Source of the DNA: Eledone cirrhosa
Taxonomy: Eukaryota
DNA length: 64,000 nt
Assembly: GCA_964016885.1 (NCBI GenBank)
Contig: OZ024741.1
Coordinates: forward strand, 123,132,001 to 123,196,000
Reading direction: 5' to 3'
Positions 1 through 14,211 of this stretch are shown one piece after another. The notes below the pieces were generated by a model, which saw nothing but the letters and a program-made list of their open reading frames with translations, was not told the origin of the DNA and did no database searches. How positions within the stretch are numbered: the first letter of the stretch is position 1; each line of letters starts with the position of its first letter. Made by a program: the position numbers and the translations under genes.

Positions 1-3000
1 GGGCCATGAAGTATGACCTTAACGTTGAAGCAGCGAGTACCCAATGACTTCTTAATGATTGCTGATACCCATCGGGGATCTTTGTCTCGGCGAAGTCCGT
101 AGTACAGTGCATACACAGGATCTCCAGCCTTGTACTGCCTGGTAACCTTAGCGACACCTGCCGAGTCCGGAGTCATCTGAGACTTATATGCTTCCTTAGA
201 CTACTTGCCTTGAGCGATGTGTGCTGGCGAGGGCAGCAGAGAATCAATCCTTGTCTGTATCTGCCGGTGATTCAAAAGTTCACTCGGAGAGAATCCACTG
301 GATGTCGGTGTTCTCCGGTACTGCATCAAGAACTCTTGAAGTGCTCGCTTCGGCGGAAGAGAAGTCTTCCTCAGAGCTTGTTTGAAGGTCTGCACCAAAC
401 GTTCCGCTGCTCCGTTAGTAGCTGGGTGGTAAGGTGCCCCTGTCAGGTGCGTGATCCCACGTTCTTTGCACCAGCTCTGAAACTCCTCAGAAATAAATGT
501 TGGTGCGTTATCGGTGACTAGCGTGTGAGGAAATCCGAAGTGCGCAAAGTCTTCTTCAAGCAGATCTAAAGTGGCTCTGGAGGACGTGAATGACGTAGGA
601 TTAATGCATGGATACTTGGAATAAACATCCGTGATCACCAACCAATTACTGCCCATGATATTTATTGCGTGGTCCAGGTGTAAGCGGCTCCACGGCTTTT
701 CAGGTAACAACCATGGGTGAACTGGAGACTTGGATGGCTGGTTTTGATGTTCACCACACGAATCACATTGTCGACTGGTTTTCTCTATAGCAGCATCGAT
801 ACCAGGCCAATAAACAGCAGTTCTTGCCAATTGTTTCATGCGCTCCATGCCAAAGTGTCCGAGATGCAGAAGATTGAGGATCTTTGGCTGTAAGCTATGT
901 GGAATCACAACTCTCGATCCATGGATAAGGCATCCGTGGCAGATACTGAGTGAATCCGATAACTTCCGGAACTTATTTACTTCGTCATTGATCTCGGTAT
1001 TCTTTGGTGGCCAGCATTCACGGACGTAGCGTATCACTGTAGATATCACTGGATCTTTCCCTGACTCTTGACAGAGGACGTTAGCATCGATAGGTTGGAC
1101 TTGAAGACTGAGAGCTTTGATGGCGCGCACCATGTCCATGTCTTCACCATTTTCCTTCCTGTCAAAGTCGATGTCATTACCAAATGGCAAGCGACTGAGG
1201 GCATCTGCATTGCCATGATCCGGTGTTTTCCGATAGTCGATGGTGTAGTCAAACTGGTTCAGCCACAGGGCCCACCGTGCTAGTCGGTTAGCAGCGAGAA
1301 GTGGCGTCCCTTTCCTCGGACTGAACAGTGATGTCAGTGGCTTGTGGTCAGTTACGAGTATAAACTGATGTCCGTACAGATACTGATAGAACTTCTGCAA
1401 GCCAAATATGATGGCCAGGGCTTCCTTTTGAATTTGGCCGTAGTTACGCTGTGCAGCAGTAAGAGTCTTGGACACATTGGATATTGGGCGCTCGCTTCCA
1501 TCAGGATAGCGATGAAACAGGACTGCCCCAATACCAACGTTTGATGCGTCGCAAGCCAGTCCCAAAGTTTTGTTTGGATCGAAGTGTATCAGAACTTGAT
1601 CCGATGAAAGCAAATTTTTCAACTGATCGAAAGCTGACTGTTCTTCATCTCCCCACTTCCAAGTAGTCGTTTTTTTCGTAAGGCAATAGAGTGGCTCTGC
1701 CATGCTGGCCAGGTTTGGGATAAACTTTCCATAGAACTGAACTGAACCCAGGAAAGACTTCAAGCTTGACACGTTCGTTGGAGGTGGCATCTTTAAAACA
1801 TTTCGACCTTGGATCCCTTCGCGATCCCTTCAGCCGACAAGGTGTGTCCAAGGTATTCCACACTGGGTAGTGCAAACTGGCACTTGTCACGGCGACATCC
1901 GAGTCCTTTGTTGCACAGACGTGTGAGCAGACACTTTAGGTTGTTCAGGTGATCGTTTGCATCTTTCCCACTGACGAGCATGTCGTCCTGGAAGACGGCC
2001 ACACCAGGTAGATCTTGAGTCAGGTTTGCCATGATCTCCTGAAAGTAACCAGGTGCTGACTTGATTCCGAAAGGGAGTCGTTCCTGCAGGAGCACCCCCC
2101 AGGTGAGTGCTGAGTGCACGCCTGCGTTGACTTTCTGGAGCCAGCTTGATCTGATTATAGGCATCGGCAAGATCAATCTTTGTGTATCCGAATCCACCTC
2201 CGAGCTTCTGCATCAGTTCCTCTGGGAGTGGCATTGGATGACGATGATCTGCAAGTTGGTCATTAATTCCCACAGAGTAGTCACCACAAATCCGTAGTTT
2301 GGGCTTCAGGTTGCCTGAAGTATGTGCTTTACGAATCGGTACCACTGGTGTTCCGTATTCGTTGAACTGTACTGGCTTCCAGATTCCTTTGGCGATGCCT
2401 TCTTCGTAACCTTTGGCCAGGTCATCACGAAGAGCAAACGGGACCGGGCGTGCCTTGTGAAAGACCGGTGTCGCGTCCGACTTGAACTTCACTTCCAGTT
2501 CGAAGTCATTAAGACATCCCAATTCTTGCTTGAAGAGATCTGGGAATTCATCACACATGTTGTGACAATCTCGTTGCATGGAAATATAGGGCTCATTTGA
2601 GGTCTTTGGATGCATCACTTCTGCACCCTCACTCTTGGCCTTGTTGTCTATGCATTTCAATCCTAGAGCATTGTCCACGGAAATTCCCAGAGTCTGGATA
2701 GCGTTTCGTCCCAGCAAATTAAGATCAGGGATCTTCGTGACGATGTAGGGTATTGAATTCCGTTTACCGGTCGTTGGATCCTTGGTTTGGCCCATGAAAG
2801 TTCCCAGAACGGGCAGGTCGTGCTTGCTGGCAGATTCAAACCGATGTTTGACATCTTGCAGCTTCGGTTTTCCTAATTGTTTCCAAACTGACAAGGAAAC
2901 AAAATTGCCTGTAGTAGCTGTGTCCAATGCCATTGTGAAAAGTCTGTTCTGGATTGTTATTGGCACATTCAAACTATGAGTATCGTGGGGAACTTCACCA

Positions 3001-4107
3001 AGGATCGCCTTGACTAGCTCAGCTTTCGTGATTCTTCTCACGTAATTCTGTGAGCGATGATTACGTTGCTGATGTTGTTTCTTTCTACACACCGCTTGCA
3101 AATGTCCCTTTTTGTCACAAAAATGATATTTGGCTTCTTTGAAGGAGCAGTCTGTCGCTTTGTGGGCCTTTCCACATCGGTAGCACATCTCCTGGTCTGT
3201 GGAATAAGACTGCTGATAGTTCTTTCGAGGACCCTTGTTCTTGTTCTGCTGGACCTTGTAGACTTGCTTGGTTTTGGAACCGTAAACAGTTTCCTTGGCA
3301 ACCTTTGCTGCGTCTTCGGTCCCGATGGCTACTTGAACAGCACGGGCGAAATCTAATTCTGTATCCTTGATCTTGAAAATAGCCTTCAACACAGCTTCAT
3401 TATTGACAGAACATATAAATCTCTGTCTTAGAGCTTCATCTTGTGGATTTGTGATCGAAGGAAAATCACAGATAGCTGCATCCTGACGTATACGTGCTGC
3501 CAGCTCCTGGAGAGTTTCGCCTGGCTTCCGTTGCATGTCACTCCAGAACTTGAAACGTTCTCTCACAATGAAAAGTTTTGGGTCGAACTGTTCTTTCATG
3601 AAGTCAACAATTTCGTCCATTGTCAACTTGTTGATATTCTTAGGCGGATTTTGTTGAGAAGCCAGATTTGCAAGTTGTTTGTAGATAGCAGCCATCTGAT
3701 TAGTCAGGAACACTTGTGCCATGCGTTGCTCGGGTACAGCGTTAGCAGCCACAAACGTGCAGAATCTTGACCAGTAATCAGGCCATAGTTCCGTTGTTGA
3801 ATCAAAAGCAGCAAATGGTGGGATGAATGCTGTTGGTGTCGAAGCAACTGGCGACGCCAATAAACTCTGTTGTATTCCTCTCGGTACTCGCAGAGAAAAC
3901 ACAACGAGTTATATCAAATAATTTGTGTAATTTGCGAAACAACCAAAACGCCCCTCCTCGCAGTAGCAGAATAACATAAAGTAAGTAAGTAATCTGTGAC
4001 CGAGTTTTTAACACCAACGCTGACCGACTGCTCAGGTCACGTGACCCATATACAAATGTGTGAGCACGTGCAAACCGAACAAAACGAATTTAACAGTCCA
4101 TACAACA
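1..4107 (-). mobile_element. Ty3/Gypsy LTR retrotransposon, decayed, 3' end beyond window start
   Basis: Minus-strand gag-PR-RT-RNaseH-IN order. Putative 5' LTR about 3964-4107 begins TGTTGTATGG on the minus strand. A degenerate PBS-like sequence lies near 3953-3964. Confidence 0.93.
201..3902 (-). pseudogene. Gypsy gag-pol polyprotein, frameshifted
   Basis: ORF 1887-3902 has zinc knuckles (CYRCGKAHKATDC), protease ALDTATT and the RT N-half (LRICGDYS, KIDLADAY). ORF 1793-2197 has RLPFGIKSAPGYFQ and VFQDDMLVSG. ORF 201-1790 has RNase H LACDASNVGIGAVL, integrase HHCC (HLGH..CDSC) and DDE (LHLDHA, VTDNAP, GAAERLVQ). Frameshifts near 2100 and 1800. Confidence 0.92.
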
Positions 4108-4149
4108 ATGAGGTTGTGAGTTCGATTCCCAGTCCATACAACAGTATCT

Positions 4150-4945
4150 TTAAAAGCCTCCGTGTGGCTTTTATATTTAGGGTTCTCACATACTGCGGGA
4201 AACTCTCCTTATTTTTTTATATTTATTGTGCCATTCGCACCATCATCAGTGATTTTGGCATCTTGAAATTACTGATGGCAAAAATCTCCCCATCTCTCTT
4301 AAATTCATTAGTCTGAGGTATAAGAGCCATCAGGTCTTGGTTGGCCCTTCTTATTAGTACAAAGGTTGGTGTCTGCCTTATTATTTGCTGTGGTTGTGTG
4401 AGCTTTCGTTTGGGTGGTTGCATTTGTGGTGGCGGCAGTATTGGTGTTGATGTGGATCTGTTTGTGTTTGTTGTCTGTGTGGTAGCTATGTTTTCTGAAT
4501 TTTGTTTTGTTGTGAATGTTGAAATGTCGCACGATGTTGTTTTAGGGTGCTGTTTATGTTTCCTTTTTTGTTTTTTTTCGCTCTTTGTGTTTTCGGCTCT
4601 TCCTTGCTGTAAGAGGAGGAGGATTCTGTACATGGTGCAGTAGGAGAGCTCCTGATATTTGCACCAATGTGACTCGGTTTTACCTCGTTTTCTATTGAGG
4701 GGAACAAGTTCATAAGTGTTCAGTTTCTCGTCAAATATGACAACGGGGCTTTTTACTTTGAATGGCCATGTTTAGATCTACGCTATCTGTTAGGTAAATG
4801 AGGTCAGGGATGTTTTCAATCTTGTCTGGTTTGATAACAGTCTTTACAATGATACATTTTAAACATATTTCGTTTTGCTTTATGATGGTCTTGAATACAT
4901 TCCAAATGTTGGGACATGTCGTAGTGAATATATTTGACACGTCTC
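4150..4945 (-). mobile_element. Degraded L1/Tx1-like ORF1 remnant
   Basis: Fragment ending KKPRCHI with a downstream H (broken gag-type zinc knuckle), followed by a K/T/Q/P-rich low-complexity ORF (4223-4633). Family assignment from motif layout only. Confidence 0.4.
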
Positions 4946-5289
4946 ATTGTCAAATAACGGGACGCTTATAACAAAGAAACAACCCTTGAAATATTATGTA
5001 TCTCTGGTTTCTCTATGAATGCAATTAAATGCGTTAGACAATGTACAAAATGGAAACTATATTCAACATCGCAAGCAACAAAAAATGAAGCAAATGCGAG
5101 GTCAAACTCAGCCACCCCGTGTCTCGTTACCTACGTTTGGCACCTATCAGATCTTATTTTCGAGTCTCAGTCGGGTCTTAAATGTCCTGTCAAAGATATA
5201 TGCAAAGTGTATAACCTAAATTTACTGTACATTGATACGTCGATATCAATGGCAGAGTTCATCATACAAATACACACACATTATATATT

Positions 5290-5565
5290 TGGTTTGGCAG
5301 TATCGGTAGAGCGTCAGACACCATGCATGTAGCATATGAGTTATAGACCTTTACGTTCTGACTTCAAATCCCACCAAGGTTAGCTTTGTCTTACAGGGTG
5401 GTGGCTTGGGAGTATCTGTAGAGCGTCAGACACCATGCTTTGCAGCCCTTTACGTTCTGAGTTCAAATCCCGCCAACGTAAGCTTTGCCTTCTTACGGGG
5501 TCGATACAATAATGTATCCGTAATACACTGGGATAATTGCTGGCCTTGTGCCAACAGTAGACACA
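5290..5565 (+). mobile_element. Two tandem copies of a tRNA-derived SINE
   Basis: A-box-like TGGCAGTATCGGTAGAGCG, B-box GAGTTCAAATCC, core GCCTT..CTTACGGGGTCGATA and tail CACTGGG..GCTGGCCTTGTGCC. Same family recurs across the window. Confidence 0.8.
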
Positions 5566-5624
5566 ATTATATATTTATAAATATATATAAAGAAAACTAG
5601 AATTTTATGTACGTATGCATACTT

Positions 5625-5703
<79 letters not shown>

Positions 5704-6604
5704 TATATATGTATTTATGTATGTATGTATGTATGCATATATATATATGTGTGTGTGTGTGTGTATCTGTGTGTGCATCTGTGTGTGTATCCGTGTGAGT
5801 ATGTACTTCTATGTATGTGTGGTTAATTATAGATATGTTATTATTGAGTTGCATTGTTAAATTAGGAAGGCTAAATCTATAACTGACGGCCCGTAATGTT
5901 TAATAGTACTATATTACTATCGATTTTTCATTAATCAATTCGTTTTTCGTTTAAATGAAACCTGAAAACATTTTTTGGAATCGTTAAAATACAAAGTAGA
6001 AATATCGACATATGTGTTTACATCAAAGTACTTTTAATGTTTTCCTCAGGCATACCTTCCAATTCTTCTGAGAATAATTAGCTAAATGTTTTTCATGTTT
6101 TTCTAGATAAGTCCTACACAAAAATAAGCCCTACCCACAAAATATGTTTTATTCAATATAGCTGACACAAAAACTAGCCAAACGAAAAGAAATATATATT
6201 TCGGCATTATTCTTGCCAGAATATAGTGTTGTGGATTTGACAACTGTTTACTGTGTCGGATGAAGTGCTATCTATTACCATTTTCGGCTCGTTATGTTCC
6301 GCGTTCAAATACTACAAAATAGTAAAGGCAGTGGCTGAAATACTTTCAGTATTTCTTCCAGCTTAATACATACTAATGTCAAGTGACACTGAAGTCGACT
6401 TTGCCTTTGGTTGTACCAGATTCGCTAAAATGAAGTTCCAGTCAAATACTTACGCCGAATTAATCGACTTATCATTCTCCCAAACATTGCTGACTCTATT
6501 AGACTATTTATCAGGATACCGATACTATTTAGGTATAACGAACCAAAAACCGTCCTGTTTTAAGTAGTTGCCTTTATCTATGACTTCATCTGTTACTAAT
6601 TGCA

Positions 6605-6810
6605 GAACGTTGCTGGAGAATTAAGCAGGAAGTTATACACAATTTCTGTTGTGGGCACCAATTCACGGGAGATGTAACAGAGGAAAGCCTGCTCGAACAT
6701 TCATCGATCGACTCTCAAACGATACAAACTACAGCAGGGAGCAGCTGCCAGGAACAATGGAACATCGTGAATTGTGGAGAGACTTTTCAGGAATATTTGA
6801 CTGACGCCTT
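6605..6810 (+). mobile_element. RTE-clade LINE 3' fragment
   Basis: Translates across a frameshift to CWRIKQEVIH/FLLWAPIHGRCNRGKPARTFIDRL..MEHRELWR, typical of the RTE C-terminus. Confidence 0.6.
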
Positions 6811-8319
6811 AATGATGATAACTTCACAATAACATATAGCTTCCTATTTAGTTTGTCAGCAGTTAATACTGGGAAATAAATATGTTTTGCAAACGATTAT
6901 GTACAGAGAGACCAAACACTGAAAGCAAACTTTCGCACATTTGAGTGTGCTTCATACAATTCCCACTTAGACTTGCATGTTTTATGTCGCATGTTTTGGT
7001 TCCAATTTCCCCCAAGATATATCATCATGATGACAATGTGATTGATATAGCTTCTTTCAGTTGTATGAGCAGAGTATCTTTAAATGTATAATTTTAAACG
7101 TCTGTGTATTATTAGCATTGTAACGGCTCATGACAATAGAAAGAGAAAATTTATTTTCAAAATAAAACAATTATCTAAACCTGGAAGACTCAACTTACTA
7201 TCAGATATGTTCGTGTATCACGCACGATGCTGAAAAATATAGAAAGGGAAAGGGAATAATTCTTAATATTCCCTACAACGAATTGGCAATTACTCGATGC
7301 AAATGTCATTTTCGCAGTACGTTAATCGCTATATATTCTAGTTGGGCAAAAGTATGCTATAATCCATAATTCTAATGATTATTTCTAATTAAGCCACAAG
7401 TCCTGCAAATGGAATACAGGAGCATTCGTTTAAATCGCGCCCAGAAGTTGACTAGTAATTTATTATATCGAGATTGTAAGGATGGAAGGCAAAATTGATC
7501 CCGGTGGTGTGTGAAATAAAATCATAAGTAGGCGAAACAAATAAAGTGATGCATCTTGTTATCTTCCTAGCTCTGAAGTATTCGCACATTTAGGTGATAC
7601 TGCATCTTTTATGACGGTTTTGCGCAGTCGATCGGATGGCTGCTCTCTTGGTAAATGCATGTGATTGTACAACAAGTGATGCTTTAAGCAGTCTAAAATT
7701 GACTTTCGTCAATAAGAAGAAGAATCAAGCATGACCGACGTTTACCAGAGTTCCAGGCTAAAGGAGAAAACCTATAGCATCACAGTAGGGAATGAGTAGA
7801 GTTGGAGAACAAAGTGTATAGAAAAAAGGAACAGAGAACGAGAAAGAGCAAGAGAGTGAGCGAGAGAGAAGAAAAGGGAAGTAGAAGAAAGAAATGCATT
7901 TTGGCGTGGATATAAATATAGTATGAGCGGAAAATGCACACAATTAAGATAGTTGCATCTCTACCTCATCAACTAACTTGCTGAGAGTGTGTTTTCGTGA
8001 ATTAATATGGTACTACACATGTGATGCCGGTTTGCTAATCATATAGCATGGCGTGTCTGTTGGTGAAATGCATGTGCGGCGATAGCAAAACATAGAAAGG
8101 GGCAGTATAAGATATATATCAACAGAGGTACACAGTGATGTCCTGGTAGTTTATGAAAGTAACACCATATATTTGAACAAGTTCCAACAAGTTTGACGAA
8201 AGAAATATATTTGCGCATTACATTTCTTTATTTTGTTGAAAGACAAATTCGCCTTTAGATATGTAATTTTAATTTATATTCATATAAGTATATACATATA
8301 AACATTTATACACCCAGAC

Positions 8320-8380
<61 letters not shown>

Positions 8381-8423
8381 TAGATACACACACACACACA
8401 CATATATATATATACACACACAC

Positions 8424-8507
<84 letters not shown>

Positions 8508-8602
8508 CCAAAATTAAATAAAGGTTGTCATGTCTGAGAGACATGCGCCATATTCACTGCAGAATAAGCTCAAATATTCCAATGATTAGATCCGAGCATT
8601 TT

Positions 8603-9350
8603 ATATCAACTAGAAATAGATTGACACATATATATATAAAATAAACATATGAAACAATCTCAGGGAATAATTTGTAAAGTGTGTAAGCACACACAGCTAG
8701 GTAGGTAACTAATTAAAGTTTAACTAGAACTTCAAATATAGATACCATTTAAAATGATTAATCTCATTTGTATATATTTCTTTAAATAAAAAATATATTT
8801 CATCAATTAACCAGTAAATCACAGCGGTCAAATCCTGATGGTCACCAAAGGAGAAGATCCAACATCTGGGTTTACACTGCAAATGCAAATCTGTGAATGA
8901 CTCGAACCACGTGTTGCATTTTATAAAAAAATACAGACATCAGTTGAATGGACTCGGCTGCTATTTCTAGCTGTCGATAATCCTATTCACGCCACTGGGA
9001 TGACTCGGTGCGATGTCTGTATTTTTTATAAAATGCAACACGTGGTTCGAGTCATTCACAGATTTGGATTTGCAGTGTAAACGCAGATAGTTGGAACTTC
9101 TCCTTTGGTGACCATCAGGATTTGACCGCTGTGATTTACTGGTTAAGTGATGAAATATATTTTTTATTTAAAGAGATATATACAAAAGAGATTACTCATT
9201 TTAAATGGTATCTAAATTTGAAGTTCTAGTTAAACGTAATTAGTTACCTACCTAGCTATGTGTGCTTACACACTTACAACAAATTATTCCCTGAGATTGT
9301 TTCATGTGTTTATTTCATATATATATGTGTCTATCTATTTCTAGTTGATA
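8603..9350. repeat. Long inverted repeat: arms about 8603-8941 and 9012-9350, 70 bp spacer
   Basis: Arms are reverse complements with scattered mismatches (e.g. CACAGCGGTCAAATCCTGATGGTCACCAAAGGAGAAG vs CTTCTCCTTTGGTGACCATCAGGATTTGACCGCTGTG). Lies between (TA)n tracts. Confidence 0.95.
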
Positions 9351-9443
<93 letters not shown>

Positions 9444-9545
9444 TTATATTTATTTATTAATATAAAAGATTAAAGTTTAAGCAAAGAATCGCTGCTTTCA
9501 CTTATCGAGCCCTCTTTGGATTTTAGTCTTCAAATTTATTATTAT

Positions 9546-9620
<75 letters not shown>

Positions 9621-9993
9621 AGTGTGTATGTATGTATGTGTGTGTGTGTTTGTGTGTGTATTCCTGATATGTATTGATATATAGATTTATATCACAATAC
9701 ATATATCTGTGAGAGGGAAAGTATTTTTTATGTGAATAGCAAATAATGGGATATTTTATTTGCATGCATTTATAAATATGCGTGTATAGCTATATATTTT
9801 GGCTGTTAAATATGCATTGATTCTCATTGTATTGATCCTACTTAAACGCATACATTCATACATAGACACCCCCTATCTACAAGAACACACATATATATGT
9901 GTTTGCGTGTATATTATATATGACAGTATATATATATATATATACATATATGTATATATATGTATGCATGTATGTATGTATATATATGTATAT

Positions 9994-10029
<36 letters not shown>

Positions 10030-11204
10030 TTATATATTTATATATATATTTATTTATATATATTTATATATATATATATATATTTACTAAAATAACATTA
10101 AAATAACGGATTTTAGTCTTCACATTTATTATTATTGCTATATATACAATATATGAGTGTGTGTTTGTGTATATATATATATATTTCTTTTCTATTGGTG
10201 TGTGTGTATGTATGCTAGTGTGCGAGTGTTTGTGTATATATGTTTTGCGAATGGGTAAGTGTTTATTTGTTTGCATCAGCTAATCCATACAAGCAAACAT
10301 TAAGCCACCTCCATATATACATTCATGCTACGCTAATACTTTCGCTGCCTCACATCAAATATTCAAACATATTTATTATCGTTTAACAAATGTATGTATG
10401 GGAAATGATAAACGTAACTAATACAATTTTTTAATGTACAAATATATCAAATATTTTCTAAAATACAATTTTTGATTATTTATATATCCTATTGTTTATT
10501 ATTTTTCTTAAAAACACACACAGAAACAATACTTTTCAAACAAAAATGTGATTTCACCAAAATAATTGTATTATTGTATTAGATCCGTAAGTGAATGCAT
10601 TTAGCTTATATTTTCATATATTTCCATAGAGAAATCTAAAAAAAAAAAAAAAGATTCTTGTGTACTCAATCTATGTTCCATGTTCTTGTTTATATTTTTA
10701 TATTGTGTATTTGTGTGTGAATTTGAGAATCTATGAGTGATTTGAAAACATATTAATGCTATTAAATATCCAAGGGTTTACATATGTAATTATTTAATTG
10801 TAAAATGTCTGGAATAAAATAAAATGAAATGAAATGTAAGTCTCAAATATATATGAAAACTTCAAATGAAAATAGTTACATTTCTGAATACATTGGAATA
10901 CATTTGAAAACACAATTATTTAAAATCTGTTTTCTTTTTATATATAGCGCTGACTGATTTTCTTTAAAGTTGTTTTATATAGGTAGAAAAGAACTAAAAC
11001 GAAAAAGAAACCCTGTAGATATGTTATATTATGTTTCATTATATATGCATTTCATTTCGTGACACACGTTACATAACATACACTAGTCTTTATTTTGAAA
11101 AGAAATACACACATAACTCATACTTTATAAATTGTATTTAGGAATTCTATAATGTTCGTTATGTTGTGTCTACTACAACAAAACAAGAACAAGAACAACC
11201 ACAT

Positions 11205-11285
11205 CTACTACTACTACTACTACTACTACTGTTGCTGCTGCTACTACTACTGCTACTGTTGCTGCTGCTACTAATTCTACTGTTG

Positions 11286-11353
<68 letters not shown>

Positions 11354-11477
11354 GTTGCTGCTGCTGCTGCTACTACTACTTCTACTGTTGCTGCTGCTGC
11401 TGTTGCTACTACTACTATTGCTGCTGCTGATACTACTACTGCTACTGTTGCTGCTGCTGCTACTTCTTCTGCTGTTG

Positions 11478-11518
<41 letters not shown>

Positions 11519-11609
11519 GTTGCTGATGCTGCTACTACTACTTCTACTGTTGCTGCTGCTGCTGTTGCTACTACTACTATTGCTGCTGCTGCTGCTACTT
11601 CTGCTGTTG

Positions 11610-11665
<56 letters not shown>

Positions 11666-11697
11666 GCTACTGTTGCTGCTGCTGCTACTTCTGCTGT

Positions 11698-11788
<91 letters not shown>

Positions 11789-11848
11789 GCTACTACTACT
11801 ACTACTATTAAGGCTATTTTTATTATTATTATTATTATTATCATTATT
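11205..11848. repeat. Compound trinucleotide repeat (CTA/CTG/TTG)n ending in (TTA)n
   Basis: Read directly. It gives the spurious poly-L and poly-V ORFs. Confidence 0.97.
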
Positions 11849-12465
11849 AATTTATATTTTGAAGACTGTTTTTCGTCAACATTGATTATATATCAAACAG
11901 CTAATCAGTACGAAAGTAATAACTCGTATTTCTTTTGCCATTTCACCTCAAACATATTTTAAAACATCATGTAGATTTGCACGAACATTCCAATCCGAAT
12001 GGAACGTTATTGTGATTATGTACATGTGTGAAATTATGTTACACACATGTAACATAATTTCTTAGTTGACACCTATATTATGAACATTGTCTGATATTGT
12101 TTCCTATGTCTGGTACACATGAAAGCCAGAATTTGACAACATCTTTCAAATTTATTTAGAATTCATGAAATACATTTAAAACTGAAATAGAAACAGATTT
12201 GTATGTTCTACGTTTTCCAAAACCTTTTCATTGAGTTCATGCCGCAGAAGTCACACACACAAACACTAAGATACGCACATAGAATATTAATGAGTTGAAG
12301 ATTCAACTGAAGTTTTTGTCATATATGCATGCACAAATATACAAGGCAACGGGAAAAAAAAATCAGTTCATACAATTACTTATCTTCAACAGTCGTTTTT
12401 CTATCTTTACAATGTGTTCACCATATTCACATACACACGAACGCACACACACAGTCACAAAATTT

Positions 12466-12498
<33 letters not shown>

Positions 12499-12505
12499 TA
12501 TACAT

Positions 12506-12626
<121 letters not shown>

Positions 12627-12811
12627 TAAACGGAATAGAAACTGCTCACAAATATATATATGTGTGTGTGTGTGTGTGTATTGGAATTTCGTATTTCAGA
12701 AGAAATAGGCTATGTTTAAAATAAACATTTAGAGAGCCGTAGCTATGCCAAAACACCACCGACTAACGCCGTCTGGCGGTGTCCAGCAGAAGCAGGGGGG
12801 GGGGGGGACAT

Positions 12812-12855
12812 TCGTGGATGCGCATTTCGAACTGAACTGCTTCTCATCAGCACGA
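12812..12855 (-). ncRNA. Minimal type I hammerhead ribozyme, intact core
   Basis: Minus strand: UCGUG-CUGAUGA-GAAGCAGUUCAGUUC-GAAA-UGCGCA-UC-CACGA. Stem I UCGUG/CACGA, stem II GAA/UUC, palindromic AUGCGCAU stem-loop III, AUC cleavage triplet. Confidence 0.85.
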
Positions 12856-12947
12856 TCACTCCCACTCTTGCGACTGCTGGACTTTGAAAATAGGCGAGAA
12901 TATATGGTTTTCTCGCCTGTATAAATGATGTGATTAATCTCATTTGC

Positions 12948-12981
<34 letters not shown>

Positions 12982-13189
12982 CCTTAACGACGTCTGAAGC
13001 GGCGCCGTAGTCGCATAGAACGTTCCATACAACATGCCAAACTTGGGGGAGCCCATCCAGTTCTGAACACTGGCGATGTAATCCATATATGAAGATAGAT
13101 AAATATATAGATATAGAATGAGAGTGAGTGAGTAAGCTAGAACAAAGAAATGAGAAAAAGATATAGAGGAAGATTCAATCCCAGTCCTT

Positions 13190-13990
13190 GAGTTGTCATA
13201 ATGAGCAGTTAAAAAAACAAATGCGGAAGGGCCGCTTGGGAATATGAAATCTGATTCGAGATGTTAAAAATTTAAACAGTGATGGTATTCTCTGGCTGAC
13301 ACGTGTGTGCCGAGGGGCCTGGATGTCTGGAGAGACACCTAAGCAATGGCATTCGGTAGTGATAACCCCTACCTTCAAAAAGGGAGACAAGAATGATTGT
13401 TCCAAATACAGAGGAATCTCCTTCTTAAGACTCCCCGGTAGAGTCTATTCCAAGTGTCTGGCAATGAGATATAGGGACATTGCCGTGTCCAATGTAGCTG
13501 ATGAAGAGTGTGGTTTTAGCCCCGGGCGTAGCACAGCCGACCAAATATTCACACTGCAGCAGATCGTGGGAGTATTGCCAAGATGTATAGTCTTCTTTTT
13601 TTGATATCGAAATCAATGTTGATGTCGGACTCCGCCAAGAGTGCTTGCTCTCACCTCTCCTGTTTATATGAACAGGATTGACATGCGCAGCCGGGGTGGA
13701 AGTGGTTTCATGACTGGAGGGTGTAAAGTCAGTCGGCTGGAATTAACAGACGCCATGGTGTTACTTAACTTCACAGAAAGTCCGTGATGCACTTGATGAG
13801 TTTGATGCCGATTGCGGCATGGCTGGAAGAAAAATTAATGCTGAGAAAACAGAGACTCTCATCCTCTCAAGGAAGCCAACGCAGTACATTCTATGCGTGA
13901 ATGGGGTTCCACTGAAGCAGATAGGGAGTTTCAAGCATCTCGGGGACGTGTTCAAGAGTGGTGGAAGGCATAATTCTGAATTAAGTCAGA
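13190..13990 (+). mobile_element. RTE-clade LINE RT fragment, degraded
   Basis: ORF 13305-13604: PKQWHSVVITPTFKKGDKNDCSKYRGISFL..ECGFSPGRSTADQIFTLQQI. ORF from 13819: KINAEKTETL..FKHLG. Confidence 0.88.
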
Positions 13991-14003
13991 ATTGCAGGAG
14001 CAA

Positions 14004-14064
<61 letters not shown>

Positions 14065-14134
14065 CCGAGAGAGAGAGAGAGAGAGAGAGAGCGAGTGAGA
14101 GAGAGAGAGAGTGAGATAGATAGATATATAGATA

Positions 14135-14209
<75 letters not shown>

Positions 14210-14211
<2 letters not shown>

